The translations under genes were made by a program, and so were the position numbers. Below are positions 1 through 10,940 of a stretch of DNA of 64,000 nucleotides, one piece after another (the stretch's first letter is position 1; every line of letters starts with the position of its first letter). Origin of the DNA: the human T2T-CHM13v2.0 reference genome, Homo sapiens; the NCBI RefSeq assembly GCF_009914755.1, contig NC_060948.1. One strand, 5' to 3'. The notes below the pieces were generated by a model. That model had not been told where the DNA came from, ran no database searches, and saw only the letters and a list, made by a program, of their open reading frames with translations.

Positions 1-107
1 CTGTTTAGATGTTTGGCCTTTTAATTTTGTTTAAGTTGTAAGTTAGTCATGTATTGGATACTAGAAGTTGAAAATTTAAAATTTGTTGCTTAAACTTATG
101 CACACAG

Positions 108-218
108 AAATCATCCAAGTTGCCAAGAAACGAGGGATTATGCTCCACCATCTAGAGGCTATGCATACCGTGATAATGGTCATTCTAATCGGGATGAACA
201 TTCCTCTAGAGGATATAG
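108..218 (+). CDS. RBMY1: RBMY1 SRGY-box exon 1 (gene exon ~7), [37 protein letters not shown]
   Basis: 111-bp exon with cacacAG acceptor (106-107) and GTactg donor (219), phase 2/2. The translation matches the first 37-aa SRGY repeat of RBMY1 as I recall it. The upstream exons (RRM) lie outside the window. Confidence 0.95.
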
Positions 219-410
219 GTACTGTAACTTTTTCTGGATTTGTGAAATAGATTTCTTAAATTGCTCATTCCAACTAACGTTCTGTCAGGGCTCCAATTTA
301 TCTACATCCTCTCAAACACTTGTTATTTCCTGCTTTTGAAAATTTATTGCCCTTCCAGTGTGTGCGTATGAAATATGATATCTCATTTTGGATTTGAAAT
401 GCATTTTCTG

Positions 411-468
411 CACCCATTAACTCATCATGCACATGGACCCTAGAACTTAAAGTATAATAAAAAAAAAA
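411..468 (+). mobile_element. ~57-bp 5'-truncated, 5'-inverted L1PA insertion with 15-bp TSD (copies also at 958-1013 and 1504-1561)
   Basis: tgcacatg[g/t]accctagaacttaaagtataataaaaaa is the L1PA 3' terminus. The preceding cacccattaactcatca is the reverse complement of L1 3'UTR tga[c/t]gagttaatgggtg. The insertion is flanked by a GAAATGCATTTTCTG duplication. Confidence 0.85.
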
Positions 469-658
469 GAAATGCGTCTTCTGAATCACTGAATATGAGT
501 ATCTGTCCCATGTGCATCTTGGGCATTTGCCCATTTTATTTGGAGAAATATCCATTGAGATGTTTGGCCTTTTAATTTTGTTTAAGTTGTAAGTTAGTCA
601 TATATCGGATACTAGAAGTTGAAAATTTAAAATTTGTTGCTTAAACTTATGCATACAG

Positions 659-769
659 AAATCATCGAAGTTCCCGAGAAACTAGGGATTATGCTCCACC
701 ATCTAGAGGCCATGCATACCGTGATTATGGTCATTCTCGTCGGGATGAAAGTTATTCTAGAGGATACAG
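659..769 (+). CDS. RBMY1: RBMY1 SRGY-box exon 2 (exon ~8), [37 protein letters not shown]
   Basis: 111 bp, catacAG acceptor, GTactg donor, open frame continuing from the previous exon. Confidence 0.95.
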
Positions 770-1203
770 GTACTGTAACTTTTTGTGGATTTGTCAAATA
801 GATTTCTTAAATTGTTCATTCCAACTAACATTGTATCAGGGCTCCAATTTATCTACATCCTCTCCAACACTTGTTATTTCCTGCTTTTGAAAATTTATTG
901 CCATTCATCTGTGTGTGAAATATGATATCCCATTTTGGATTTGAAATGCATTTTCTGCACCCATTAACTCATCATGCACATGGACCCTAGAACTTAAAGT
1001 ATAATAAAAAAAAGAAATGCATTTTCTGAATCACTGAATATGAGTATCTGTCCCATGTGCTTTTTGGGCGTTTGCCCATTTTATTTGGAGAAATATCTAT
1101 TTAGATGTTTGGCCTTTTAATTTTGTTTAAGTTGTAAGTTAGTCATATATCGGATACTACAAGTTGAAAATTTAAAATTTGTTGCTTAAACTTATGCATA
1201 CAG

Positions 1204-1314
1204 AAATCATCGAAGTTCCCGAGAAACTAGGGAGTATGCTCCACCATCTAGAGGCCATGGATACCGTGATTATGGTCATTCTCGTCGACATGAAAGTTAT
1301 TCTAGAGGATATAG
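1204..1314 (+). CDS. RBMY1: RBMY1 SRGY-box exon 3 (exon ~9), [37 protein letters not shown]
   Basis: 111 bp, AG/GT boundaries, open frame. Confidence 0.95.
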
Positions 1315-1747
1315 GTACTGTAATTTTTCTGGATTTGTCAAATAGATTTCTTAAATTGTTCATTCCAACTAACATTGTATCAGGGCTCCAATTTATCTAC
1401 ATCCTCTCAAACACTTGTTATTTCCTGCTTTTGAAAATCTATTGCCATTCATCTGTGTGTGTGAAATATGATATCTCATTTTGGATTTGAAATGCATTTT
1501 CTGCACCCATTAACTCATCATGCACATGTATGCTAGAACTTAAAGTATAATAAAACAAAAAGAAATGCATTTTCTGAATCACTGAATATGAGTATCTGTC
1601 ACTTGTCCTTTTTGGGCATTTGCCTATTTTATTTGGAGAAATACCTATTTAGATGTTTGGCCTTTTAATTTAAAGTTGTAAGTTAGTCATGTATTCGATA
1701 CTAGAAGATGAAAATTTAAAATTTGTTGCTTAAACTTATGCACACAC

Positions 1748-1858
1748 AAATCATCCAAGTTCCCGAGAAACTAGGGATTATGCTCCACCATCTAGAGGCT
1801 AGGCATACTGAGACTATGGTCATTCTAGGCAGGATGAACATTCCTCTAGAGGATATAG
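1748..1858 (+). pseudogene. Dead (skipped) SRGY pseudo-exon inside an RBMY1 intron
   Basis: Aligns base for base with the other 111-bp exons. The acceptor is cacacAC (AG>AC), the donor is ATactg (GT>AT), and there are in-frame stops TAG (1800-1802) and TGA (1809-1811). Confidence 0.93.
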
Positions 1859-2237
1859 ATACTGTAACTTTTTCTGGATTTATCAAATAGATTTCTTAAA
1901 TTGTTCATTCCAACTAACATTGTATCAGGGCTGCAATTTATCTACATCCTCTCAAACACTTGTTATTTCCTGCTTTTGTAAGTTTTTTGCCCTTCCAGTG
2001 TGTGTGTGTGTGAAGTGTGGAAGCTCCTTTTTTATTTGAAATGCATTTCCTGAATCACTGATTATGAGTATCTGTTTCATGTGCTTTTTGGGCATTTGGG
2101 CATTTTGGGCATTTGGGCTCTGTGGGCATTTTATTTAGATGTTTGGCAATTTAATTGTGTTTAAGTTGTAATGTAGTTATGTTTTGGATACTAGAAGGTG
2201 ACAATTTAAAATTCCTTGCTTCAACTCGTGCACGCAG

Positions 2238-2348
2238 AAATCATCCAAGTTCCCGAGAAACCAGGGATTATGCTCCACCACATAGAGACTATGCATACCG
2301 TGATTATGGTCATTCTAGTTGGGATGAACATTCCTCTAGAGGATATAG
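2238..2348 (+). CDS. RBMY1: RBMY1 SRGY-box exon 4 (exon ~10), [36 protein letters not shown]
   Basis: 111 bp, cgcAG acceptor, GTacta donor. Visible inside ORF 2155..2355. Confidence 0.95.
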
Positions 2349-2434
2349 GTACTAACATGTTATCTGGATTTATCAAATGGATTTCTTAAATTGTTCATTC
2401 TGAAATTGAAAAGACTTTTTTTTTTTCAATTTAG

Positions 2435-2523
2435 TTATCATGATGGCTACGGTGAGGCCCTTGGTAGAGATCATTCTGAACATCTAAGTGGAAGTTCTTA
2501 TAGAGATGCACTTCAGAGATACG
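2435..2523 (+). CDS. RBMY1: RBMY1 penultimate exon, (S)[29 protein letters not shown](G)
   Basis: Poly-T tract plus ttAG acceptor after an 86-bp intron, GTAAGG donor at 2524. The phase is consistent with both neighbours. Confidence 0.93.
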
Positions 2524-2934
2524 GTAAGGGTCCAGGATGGATTTGTAAATTACAGAATTTTATTTAATAGACCAGATTGTTATTTTAATGAAATTCTAAG
2601 GAAAATTGTAAAGGGCATATGCAACATGTTTAAATATTGAGTATTCTTAACAGTATAAAGCCTAGGGAATGATATGAAGGTGAGAACTTCAGTTAACGTT
2701 AAGAAAATGTGACTGAGCATTTACTTTAGAATTAAGTTTGTTAAGCTGCAAAATACTACTCTTACACTTCTCTTAAATAAAACCTTCTGACTATTAAAGA
2801 CTTGATTAATATCCTGTCAACAAAGGCGGAGGAAAGCAGATATTTCCAAATAGTACTTTAACTAATTCATGCTTTAATGATAGCAGTAAAAATGTTTAAA
2901 TGTAGTCCCACATATTATTTTACCAACCCTGCAG

Positions 2935-3233
2935 GGACCTCTCATGGTGCACCACCTGCAAGAGGGCCTCGGATGTCTTATGGTGGAAGCACCTGCCACG
3001 CATATAGTAATACACGAGATAGATATGGCAGAAGTTGGGAGAGTTACTCGAGCTGTGGTGATTTTCATTATTGTGATCGTGAGCATGTTTGCAGAAAAGA
3101 CCAAAGGAATCCGCCTTCTCTGGGTAGGGTGCTCCCTGATCCTCGTGAAGCATATGGTAGCTCAAGTTATGTGGCATCTATAGTAGATGGTGGGGAGAGT
3201 CGATCTGAAAAAGGAGACTCGAGCAGATATTAA
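2935..3233 (+). CDS. RBMY1: RBMY1 last coding exon, [18 protein letters not shown]...SEKGDSSRY*
   Basis: ctgcAG acceptor at 2933-2934 and TAA at 3231-3233. This is the hnRNP G/RBMX-family C-terminus seen in ORF 2877..3233. Confidence 0.95.
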
Positions 3234-3487
3234 AGCAAGCATTGAAAATAATAGTTATTGCATACCAATCCTTGTTTGCAAATCAAAAATTGAAATGTTA
3301 TTTCTGCATTGTTACCTGCATATTACTGAAAGAAACATGTTGGTTTTGTGGAGAGAGGTAGATACTAACTTCCTCCATGAATTTTTTGAGGTATTCAAAG
3401 GAAAAGGAATTGTTTTCAAAGTAATTTCATACTTGTTGATGCTATTTGAAAAGTGTTTAGATGTAATATCTACCTTAAAATTTTCAC

Positions 3488-3493
3488 AATAAA
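3488..3493 (+). terminator. Probable RBMY1 polyadenylation signal AATAAA
   Basis: First canonical AATAAA, ~255 nt after the stop, followed by a GT-rich stretch (ggtgttattgtt). Confidence 0.7.
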
Positions 3494-4108
3494 ATTTTAC
3501 ATGTACTGCAAGATGCCTGGTGTTATTGTTAGCCGCGCATGCTTAAAGCAAATTCAATAGGAGAGTAAATTGTGTAGTCTGTTGTACATTTTCCTTTGTT
3601 TGTTTGAACATAGGTACAAAATTAGGGATGTGTTATGTCGCCCTTGCAAGCTGCTCAAGTTTTCTAATTAGGCTGTTTCTCTTTAAAAACTAACAAGGTT
3701 AAAATGTTGGAGAAGTCTTCAGAAAGACTACAAAACCGTCTGCCTCACCATAAAACGTTTATTTTTTAGAGGAATAGTACAGGTCAAAGGAAATCATTAG
3801 ATGTATTGATACTAAAGTTTAAGACATCCGGAACATTCTATGTGAAGCATTCTGTGACTGAAGAGGATAACGGTAATGAAAACTTTTTTTTTTCACCTAA
3901 ATCAGAAGTGAACCAGCTAAGTTTCTCAGGCGCGTAGCATAATGAATTTAAATGTTCGTAGTTTAAATAGTGGAAAGTAAGTGTTTTGTCTTGTGAGGTT
4001 CCCACGTTAATTTTTTCTTGAATATTTTGACAGTGGATGTTGTAAGTAATGGTTTAGTAATATGTTCTTACAGATAGGAATAATCTAGAGTGGTTGGGAT
4101 AGTATCAG

Positions 4109-4390
4109 TTTTTTTTGAGATGAAGTGTACAGCTTTGTCGCCGAGGCTGGGGTGCAGTGGCTCTGTCTTGGCTTATGGCAACCGCTGCCTTCTGGATCCA
4201 AGCTATTCTCCTGCCTCAGCATCCTGAGTAACTGGTATTAGATATGTGTGCCGCACAGCGGGGCCAATTTTTGTATTTTTAGTGCAGACAGCGTTTCACC
4301 TTGTTTGCCAGGCTGTTCTTAAAATCCTGATCCACCCTCCTCAGACTCCCGAAGTGCTAAGATTATAGGCATGTGCCACCACTGTCAGCC
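4109..4390 (-). mobile_element. Alu (diverged, AluS/J-like)
   Basis: Poly-T then gagatgaagtg...gtcgccgaggctggggtgcagtgg...tttgtatttttagt...aagtgctaagattataggc...cagcc. Confidence 0.85.
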
Positions 4391-4850
4391 TATCGTATTT
4401 AATTGATAATATGAATGGAAACGCTTTAAACCTCATACTTAGGGGAAAGTGAAGTGTATAAAACATAAACAACAGCATAAAGTTTCCGACGGGATTGCTT
4501 AAAGTTTTAAGACATCACTGAATGATACAAATATTTAGACCGAAATAACTAAATGAATTAATTTTCCTGATTATACAAACTAAAGAAATGAAATACATCA
4601 AGTTCCAGAAGTTTTGCAGTCCATAATTCTTACAATTGACAGACTAATCTGCAAGGAGGAAGTATTTTCTTGAAAAATTTTGACACAATCATCAATTTTT
4701 ACAGGGTAAGGGTACAAATAATTTTAAAGGGAGAAGTTACCAACTTTGATTTTCAAGTGAGTTATTCATGTTATGGAGTGTTTTCATTCACCTGTAGCAT
4801 TGTGAGGATGAAGTGAAAAGATAAATCTCCCGAGTCTTGTGTATCTTACT

Positions 4851-5140
4851 GTCCATGTGTGACGGCTCAGGTCTCTAATTCTAACACTTGGGGAGGCCGA
4901 GGCTTGCAGAGCACTTTAGGACAGGAGTTGAAGACCAGGCTGGCCAACACCATGAAACCCCATCTCTACCAAAAATACAAAAATTAGCCGGGCATGGTGG
5001 TGCCTGCCTGTAGTACGTTGCAGTTAATTGGGAGGCTCAGGCAGGACAGTGGTTTGAACCTGGGAGCCTGATGCTGCGGTGAGCCGATATTGCACCATGC
5101 ACTCTAGCCTGGGTGACAGAGTGCGACTCCAACACAAAAA
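4851..5140 (+). mobile_element. Alu (diverged, AluS-like)
   Basis: ggctca...gggaggccgaggc...tctaccaaaaatacaaaaattagccgggcatggtgg...gcactctagcctgggtgacagagtgcgactcc plus an A-rich tail. Confidence 0.9.
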
Positions 5141-5208
5141 TAATTATATCAATGAACAAATATATACATAATAAATAGGGTATCCTTCAGTTCAAGCACT
5201 TACCGATT

Positions 5209-5516
5209 CTTTTTTCTTTTTTAGAGACAAGGTCTCACACTGTTGTCCAGCCTAGACTGCAGTGGCACCATCATAGCTCACTGCAGCTTTGAACACGGGC
5301 TTGAAATGTGCAAGCCTTCCATTTCAGCCTCCCAAGTAGCTGGAATTACAGACACACACCAACCACCGTGCCCAGCTTTTGTGTTTGTGTGTGTGTGGTA
5401 GGGACAATGCTTTGGATATATTGTTCAGGCTGGTCTCAAACTCCCAGACCGAAATAATCCTCCTTCCCTGGCTTCCCAAAGTGTTGTGATTATAGCCGTG
5501 AGCCACTGAGTCTGGC
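5209..5516 (-). mobile_element. AluJ-like element
   Basis: tttttagagacaaggtctcac...tcatagctcactgcagc (J-type)...ctggtctcaaactcc...cccaaagtgttgtgattatagccgtgagccactg. Confidence 0.85.
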
Positions 5517-5595
5517 ATATCTTTTCTCATTATGAGCGACATTCCACCTCACTGAGTCTGGCGTATCTTTTCTTGGTATCAGCGACATTCCACCT

Positions 5596-5795
5596 TCGCT
5601 CTATTAATTATTTTGAGATGTACAATAAATCATTATTAAGTGTAGTCATCCTGTGCCACTGAACACTAGATATTATTCCTTCTAAGCAAGTATAATTTAA
5701 CCCACCCCCATCCCCTCTTTGATCCCTCGCTTACCAGTTCACATTACTTGTATCAAAATATCACATGTATGCCAAAAGTATCTACAACTGTTAGG
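5596..5795. mobile_element. Old L1 (L1MA/L1PB-like) 3' fragments
   Basis: tacaataaatcattattaagtgtagtcatcctgtg...actagatattattcct resembles the L1MA 3' end (minus). ttgtatcaaaatatcacatgta resembles an L1 3' end (plus). Confidence 0.5.
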
Positions 5796-5806
5796 TACAA
5801 ATTTTC

Positions 5807-5882
5807 ATTCCCTTCCTCCTTCCCTCCCTTCCTTTCTTCCTTCCTGTCTTTCTTTCTTTTTGTCTCTGTATCTTTTTCTCTC
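5807..5882 (+). repeat. CT-rich simple repeat (CCTT/CTTT)
   Basis: ttcccttcctccttccctcccttcctttcttccttcc... Confidence 0.8.
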
Positions 5883-5887
5883 ACTGA

Positions 5888-6186
5888 TTTTTTTTTTTTT
5901 TAAGAAAGAATCCTGCCCTGTCACCTAGGCTGGAGTGCAGTGGCGTGATCTCAGCTCACTGCTCCCTCCTTATCACGGGTTCAAGCAATTGTCCAGTCAC
6001 ACCCTCCTAAGCAGCTGCGACTGCAATCATGTGACACCAATCCTGGCAAATATTTTGTATTTTCAGTAGAGACCAGGTTTCACAATATTTGCTCAGGCTG
6101 GTCTTGAATTCCTTTCCTTTAGTGATCCACCCACATCAGCCTCTCAAAATGCTGGGATCCAGGCATGAGCCACAGTGCCCACCCAG
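5888..6186 (-). mobile_element. Alu (AluS-like)
   Basis: Poly-T, ctgtcacctaggctggagtgcagtggcgtgatctcagctcactg...ttttgtattttcagtagagac...gctgggatccaggcatgagccac. Confidence 0.9.
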
Positions 6187-6211
6187 TTGTATGCATTTCT
6201 CTCTCCCGTGA

Positions 6212-6432
<221 letters not shown>

Positions 6433-6899
6433 GTCTAATTTCGTATCTGTTTTAAAGCTCGATTGATAAGCAATATTGACTTCCTGGAATGTTTTATGTT
6501 TACAAAACAATTATAGTACTACTATTTAGCCTCCTCAGATAAAATATGGTAACACACAAAACATACACACACAGACAAAGACACAGTCAGTGATCAAAAA
6601 AAATCAGTGTAGGCCACGACCTAAATGAAAGGTGAGCTGCTGCAGTTGCCTAGAATTAAAGCAGACCAGAGTTGACCCATACCAGGCTGAGAGATGTGAA
6701 CAGAGGCTTTCCAACAACTCTATCAGATACATGTTAGATTATTCTCCAGCCATAGCGAAGGGACATTAAAGATCTGTTGTGCTTAGAAGAGTCTCGATGA
6801 TTTGACTTTTCCAGGGTATTAGCATTCATGATGTTGGCCTTTACAGCTCTCTGCAATGAAGTCAGTAGACAACACAGTTTTTCTAGGAGTCTAAAGTGC

Positions 6900-7430
6900 T
6901 TTTCAGAATTATCTAAAACTTAGTGGCTTAAAACCATAATTATAATTTACTAACTGTCAGTCTCTGCAATCGCCCTCAGTCTCTCAGCCAAATGAATGTG
7001 GTTCAGGGGCACTCAGGAGTTTACAATCTAGTGACGGCTCAGGATGGGGACATTGTCAGGTGTCTTCTCATCTCCCTGGTGCCATAGCTAGCATAACTCA
7101 AATTGTGGGGCTGGACTGCTGAGATTCTTGGGCATCTCCTTCTATTTCTATGCATCTCTCCATGGGATGTCCCTACTGCATAGTGTTATCAGGGTGTTAG
7201 ACTTCATAATGTCCTGGTCCATGGCTTCCAAGGGGTTTGTCCCCATGAGAGCAGGAGACTTAGGCAGAGCTGTATCACCTTGTCTAACCTAGGCCAGAGG
7301 TGGCCCAGTATCCAGAAAATGCTTTCACTGTTTTCTATTAATTAGAAGCAAGTACTGTGTTCAGTTACATCAGGAATAATTTCAAATTGGTTTGTGAAGA
7401 ATTTCAAAGTGTATTTTAGACCACTACTGT
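6900..7430. mobile_element. MLT1-family (ERVL-MaLR) LTR, old
   Basis: Begins with the MLT1 hallmark aattatctaaaacttagtggcttaaaacca. Internal ttgtctaacctaggccagaggtgg...ttttctattaattagaagcaagt also resembles MLT1. Confidence 0.55.
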
Positions 7431-7857
7431 GGCCATGCCTAATAATTACTTATTTTTTTAAGTGCTGGATGGGTTTTACCCAACGTAATAGCTGATACAG
7501 ACTTTTAACCTTGAAACCTTTATGTAATAGCTCCAAACATTTGGTTATATGTTGAAATAACTCTCAAGCAAAAATTGATTTTGAAATTAGAGCTACAAAT
7601 CTATAAAACAAATGAGATAATGTCATAAATATCTGCATGAAATGCTTATAAAGAGATCAGCCTTAAAAATATTATGAAGTCTAATATGCCACTCTTTTAC
7701 TATTTCTATGGCTATTACTTGGACAGGAGGACAAGGACTCAGGGGTCTGCTGGTCAGTCTCTGGACCTTGAAACAGTGGCTGGGGCCCCAGGAGTAACAC
7801 TTCGGGCCATACCATGTAGTGAGGATGAGGAGTCCACCTGGGTTAAGGGGAGTGTCA

Positions 7858-7910
7858 CTATATATATCGCTATATGAATATATATATATATATGTACACA
7901 CACATATATA
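7858..7910. repeat. (TA)n/(CA)n microsatellite
   Basis: tatatatc...tatatatatatatatgtacacacacatatata. Confidence 0.75.
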
Positions 7911-10087
7911 AAACACTATATCAGAAACTCAGTAGTCATAGTAAAATCAAAAAATAATCATAGTCAATTTGATCTCATACCTAGACTGAAATATGAAACT
8001 TCAAAAGAAAAGAAAGTTAAGAACTTTGGGCTTGTCAAAATTTTCCTACATAGATACAATTATTGGTGACTTTCTTTCACTAGAAAACATAAACAAACAT
8101 CCATGTTTTGTATATGTGTAAATGAAAATATTTTTATTTCTATCAGTTGTGACATGCAAGCAAGTAATAAAGTGAAAGTACAATAATAAATCATAAAATT
8201 ATATAAGGACATTTCTGTGTCAAAAAATTCCATTGAGACTATTAATTTTATAAAACCATAGAGAATGCTTCATGAAACTACATTAAATAGTACTTTTTAG
8301 TATTTCACTTAATTTTAAAAGTCAACAAATTAAAGGAAATTCTGAATCATTATTTCTTACCAATATCATTATTCTACTCAACAAATTCTTTTGAGATTAA
8401 ATATTTTAAATAAAACATTAAAAACAAATTGTATTCACTGATACCAGCTTTTGATGAAATAATACTTCTGTATTTGTAATCATGTGAAATATATCTTTCT
8501 CCTCACAATGGATCTTTTATAACACCAGTGTTATTATTTTCTCTGATAAAAACCCTGTGATACCTCAGGGCTTTACTGTGTCCATACATTACATGCCTCC
8601 AGAGAGTAGGCTTCAAACAGATGGAAAAATTATATTTGTGACAAAATTCTAGGAAAGGGAATGATAAAATGGGAGAATAATTTCTAAATTTCTAACTGTT
8701 CATCAATGGATTTGGATATATTTAGATATAGACAAATATATGCACACTGCAAGTTTGCACATGTGTATATAAATTTATATGAGATACCCATAACGTGTGG
8801 GTTGTATAATCTTTTAATTAATTCTCAATTTTACATGTGGAAAACTTGATTAAGTGTTTACCCTCATCAAATACTCAGTTTGAAGTACTATACTCAATTT
8901 GATGTAAAGCCAGCAAAATCTCTGCCAACATTCATTTCAATTAATCCAATAATGTTAACTGTTGATAACTTCATTCTCCTTGTCCCCTGTTAACAGCTGA
9001 AAGTTGATTCTCACCCTAATTCAGCAATCAGGGTGTCATCCTCAAGAGACTATCACCTTGCTTTGGATTGTGACCTCTGACTCCACCACTTTCATCCTAT
9101 AGCAGTCCTACCTTTGTGTATTTAATCAACTTTGTACATGGTTAAAAAAATAAAAGTGCAGTGAAATGTCAGGCCATGCTGTGAAATGTTCCAGTGTTTC
9201 TATATCTCAAATTGACCTTTCATGTTATAGAAGATAAGAAAAACAATTCATTTCTTAGTATTCAGTCCAATGCACCCTTTCTTATTAATATGCCAAACCT
9301 GTCCCTTCAAGGCACTGACATCCAAGCACAGCTAGACGTATCAAAATTTATTCTCAACAATAACCATTATGTTAATAACTGTTGCCCAGATCTGGACCCT
9401 GCCTGTGAAATCTTTGGTTAGAAGTTGCTATAATGGCTCAAGCTAGGGGAATGACTATTTTTTTTGGCATAATTACTGCTGTCATCTTACTGAAAAAATA
9501 TCACATTAGATGACAGCTTTTAGTTAGATCAATTCTGTTGATTCATTTTTAATGTCTATCATTTATGATATTGCACAAGTAAAGATCTTTGATAACTTAA
9601 ATGGTTAACTGAGAAATGACTAAAATAACTCACAGCAATTCAAACATTCATTTACTTACTAGAAGTGCCATACATCATTAACTTCAGATGAAAACAAAGT
9701 TGGGAAATTGTGAGTGCTAAATTGCTTACTAAAGTATGTATTTCAGGGTATTTTATAAAACTATCCATGCCACGTATGATGCTTCACCAGCAAGGATAAA
9801 GCTTTAGCCTATATAAAAAATAGTCTTTGGTTCTTAATACATCTGTACATTTGTCTCCATAGCCTCAAAACAAGTCACCCATGTACTTGACTTTCAGCTG
9901 AGTTGACTACCAGTTATTAGGATTTAAGCAAACAGAATAAAGATTTCAAAATCTGGTGACCAAATATGAGAAATCACACTCTCACCATAAGTAATAATTA
10001 TTCTCAAGTGCCACTGCAAATGCAAAACTGAAAGAAGAAATTAAGTCTAATATATTGCAATATTCTAAAATCTAAAATTTCCTCTTT

Positions 10088-10350
10088 GAGGTCTGGTTGT
10101 TCATGCCTGGAATTGCAGCTCTCTGGGAGGCTTAGAAGGGAGGACTGCTTCAAACCCAGAGTTTGACAGCAGCATAGGCAACACAGCAAGAACCATTTTT
10201 AAAATGTAACTAAATATTTAATTAGTTAAATTGGGCATGATGGCACACATCTGTTGTTCCACTTAGGAGTTCACAGTTGTAGTTTGCTGTTATCACACAC
10301 TGCATTTCAGCCTGGGCCATGAGGCAAGACTTTGTCTCTACAAAATAATT
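10088..10350 (+). mobile_element. Degenerate AluJ with internal deletion in right arm
   Basis: gttcatgcctggaattgcagctctctgggaggc...ggaggactgcttcaaacccagagttt...cataggcaacacagcaaga, then ctgcatttcagcctgggccatgaggcaagactttgtctcta. Confidence 0.75.
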
Positions 10351-10874
10351 CAATATAAAAAACAAAATAAATTAAAATAAAAACACTTTCAGGTGTTTTT
10401 TGGAAGTTTGTATAATTGCTCTAAAAGTAGAGACATTGTTTAAAGTTGAGCAGTCAATGGGGGAGTGGAGAGTGATTGTTTATATTGTTTTCCAGAAATT
10501 AGGATGAATGTATTATAATGTTATATATAAATATCTAATAACCTTTTGTGCAATAAATGTTGACAAATGTCAAGCCATTGTGTTTATAGACTTTTCCTTC
10601 AAAATATTCATAGTTTAATTGGAGAATGAAGAAAACAGCCATAATTGGAATGTACTCTGGCAAGTGTTACAATATATACAATTTAGTAACTTAGTTGCAG
10701 AGGAAGGAAGTTCTTAACTGCGTTAACAGGGGTGTGGAGAACCTTAGGGAAGGAACAATTGATCGCATCTGTAAGGATACAAATTTTCGAGAAGAATGTT
10801 TGCGAGAAAACGTTGTAGAGAAAAAAGAAACATTCTTTCTATCAATGATAGAAGTACCAACAGTGCATATGATG

Positions 10875-10940
10875 CCATCTGCCGAATGCTTAGAGCATTC
10901 TAGCTCAATAAATATTTCTTGAATGAATCCATGAATGGAA
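10875..10940 (+). mobile_element. L2/MIR 3'-end fragment
   Basis: gctcaataaatatttcttgaatgaatccatgaatg is the typical L2 tail. Confidence 0.55.

Larger units (their letters stand above)
1..2400 (+). repeat. Tandem exon+intron repeat of the SRGY module, five copies
   Basis: Exon starts at 108, 659, 1204, 1748 and 2238 (periods 551, 545, 544, 490). The introns are near-identical. Confidence 0.95.

Noticed and set aside
298-1490. ORFs 298..555, 1172..1375 and 1179..1490 as separate genes
   Set aside because: They are off-frame or antisense readings across RBMY exons and introns. The spliced frame explains the region.
2877-2934. N-terminal MIAVKMFK... of ORF 2877..3233
   Set aside because: Intronic read-through. 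The real exon starts after the AG at 2934.
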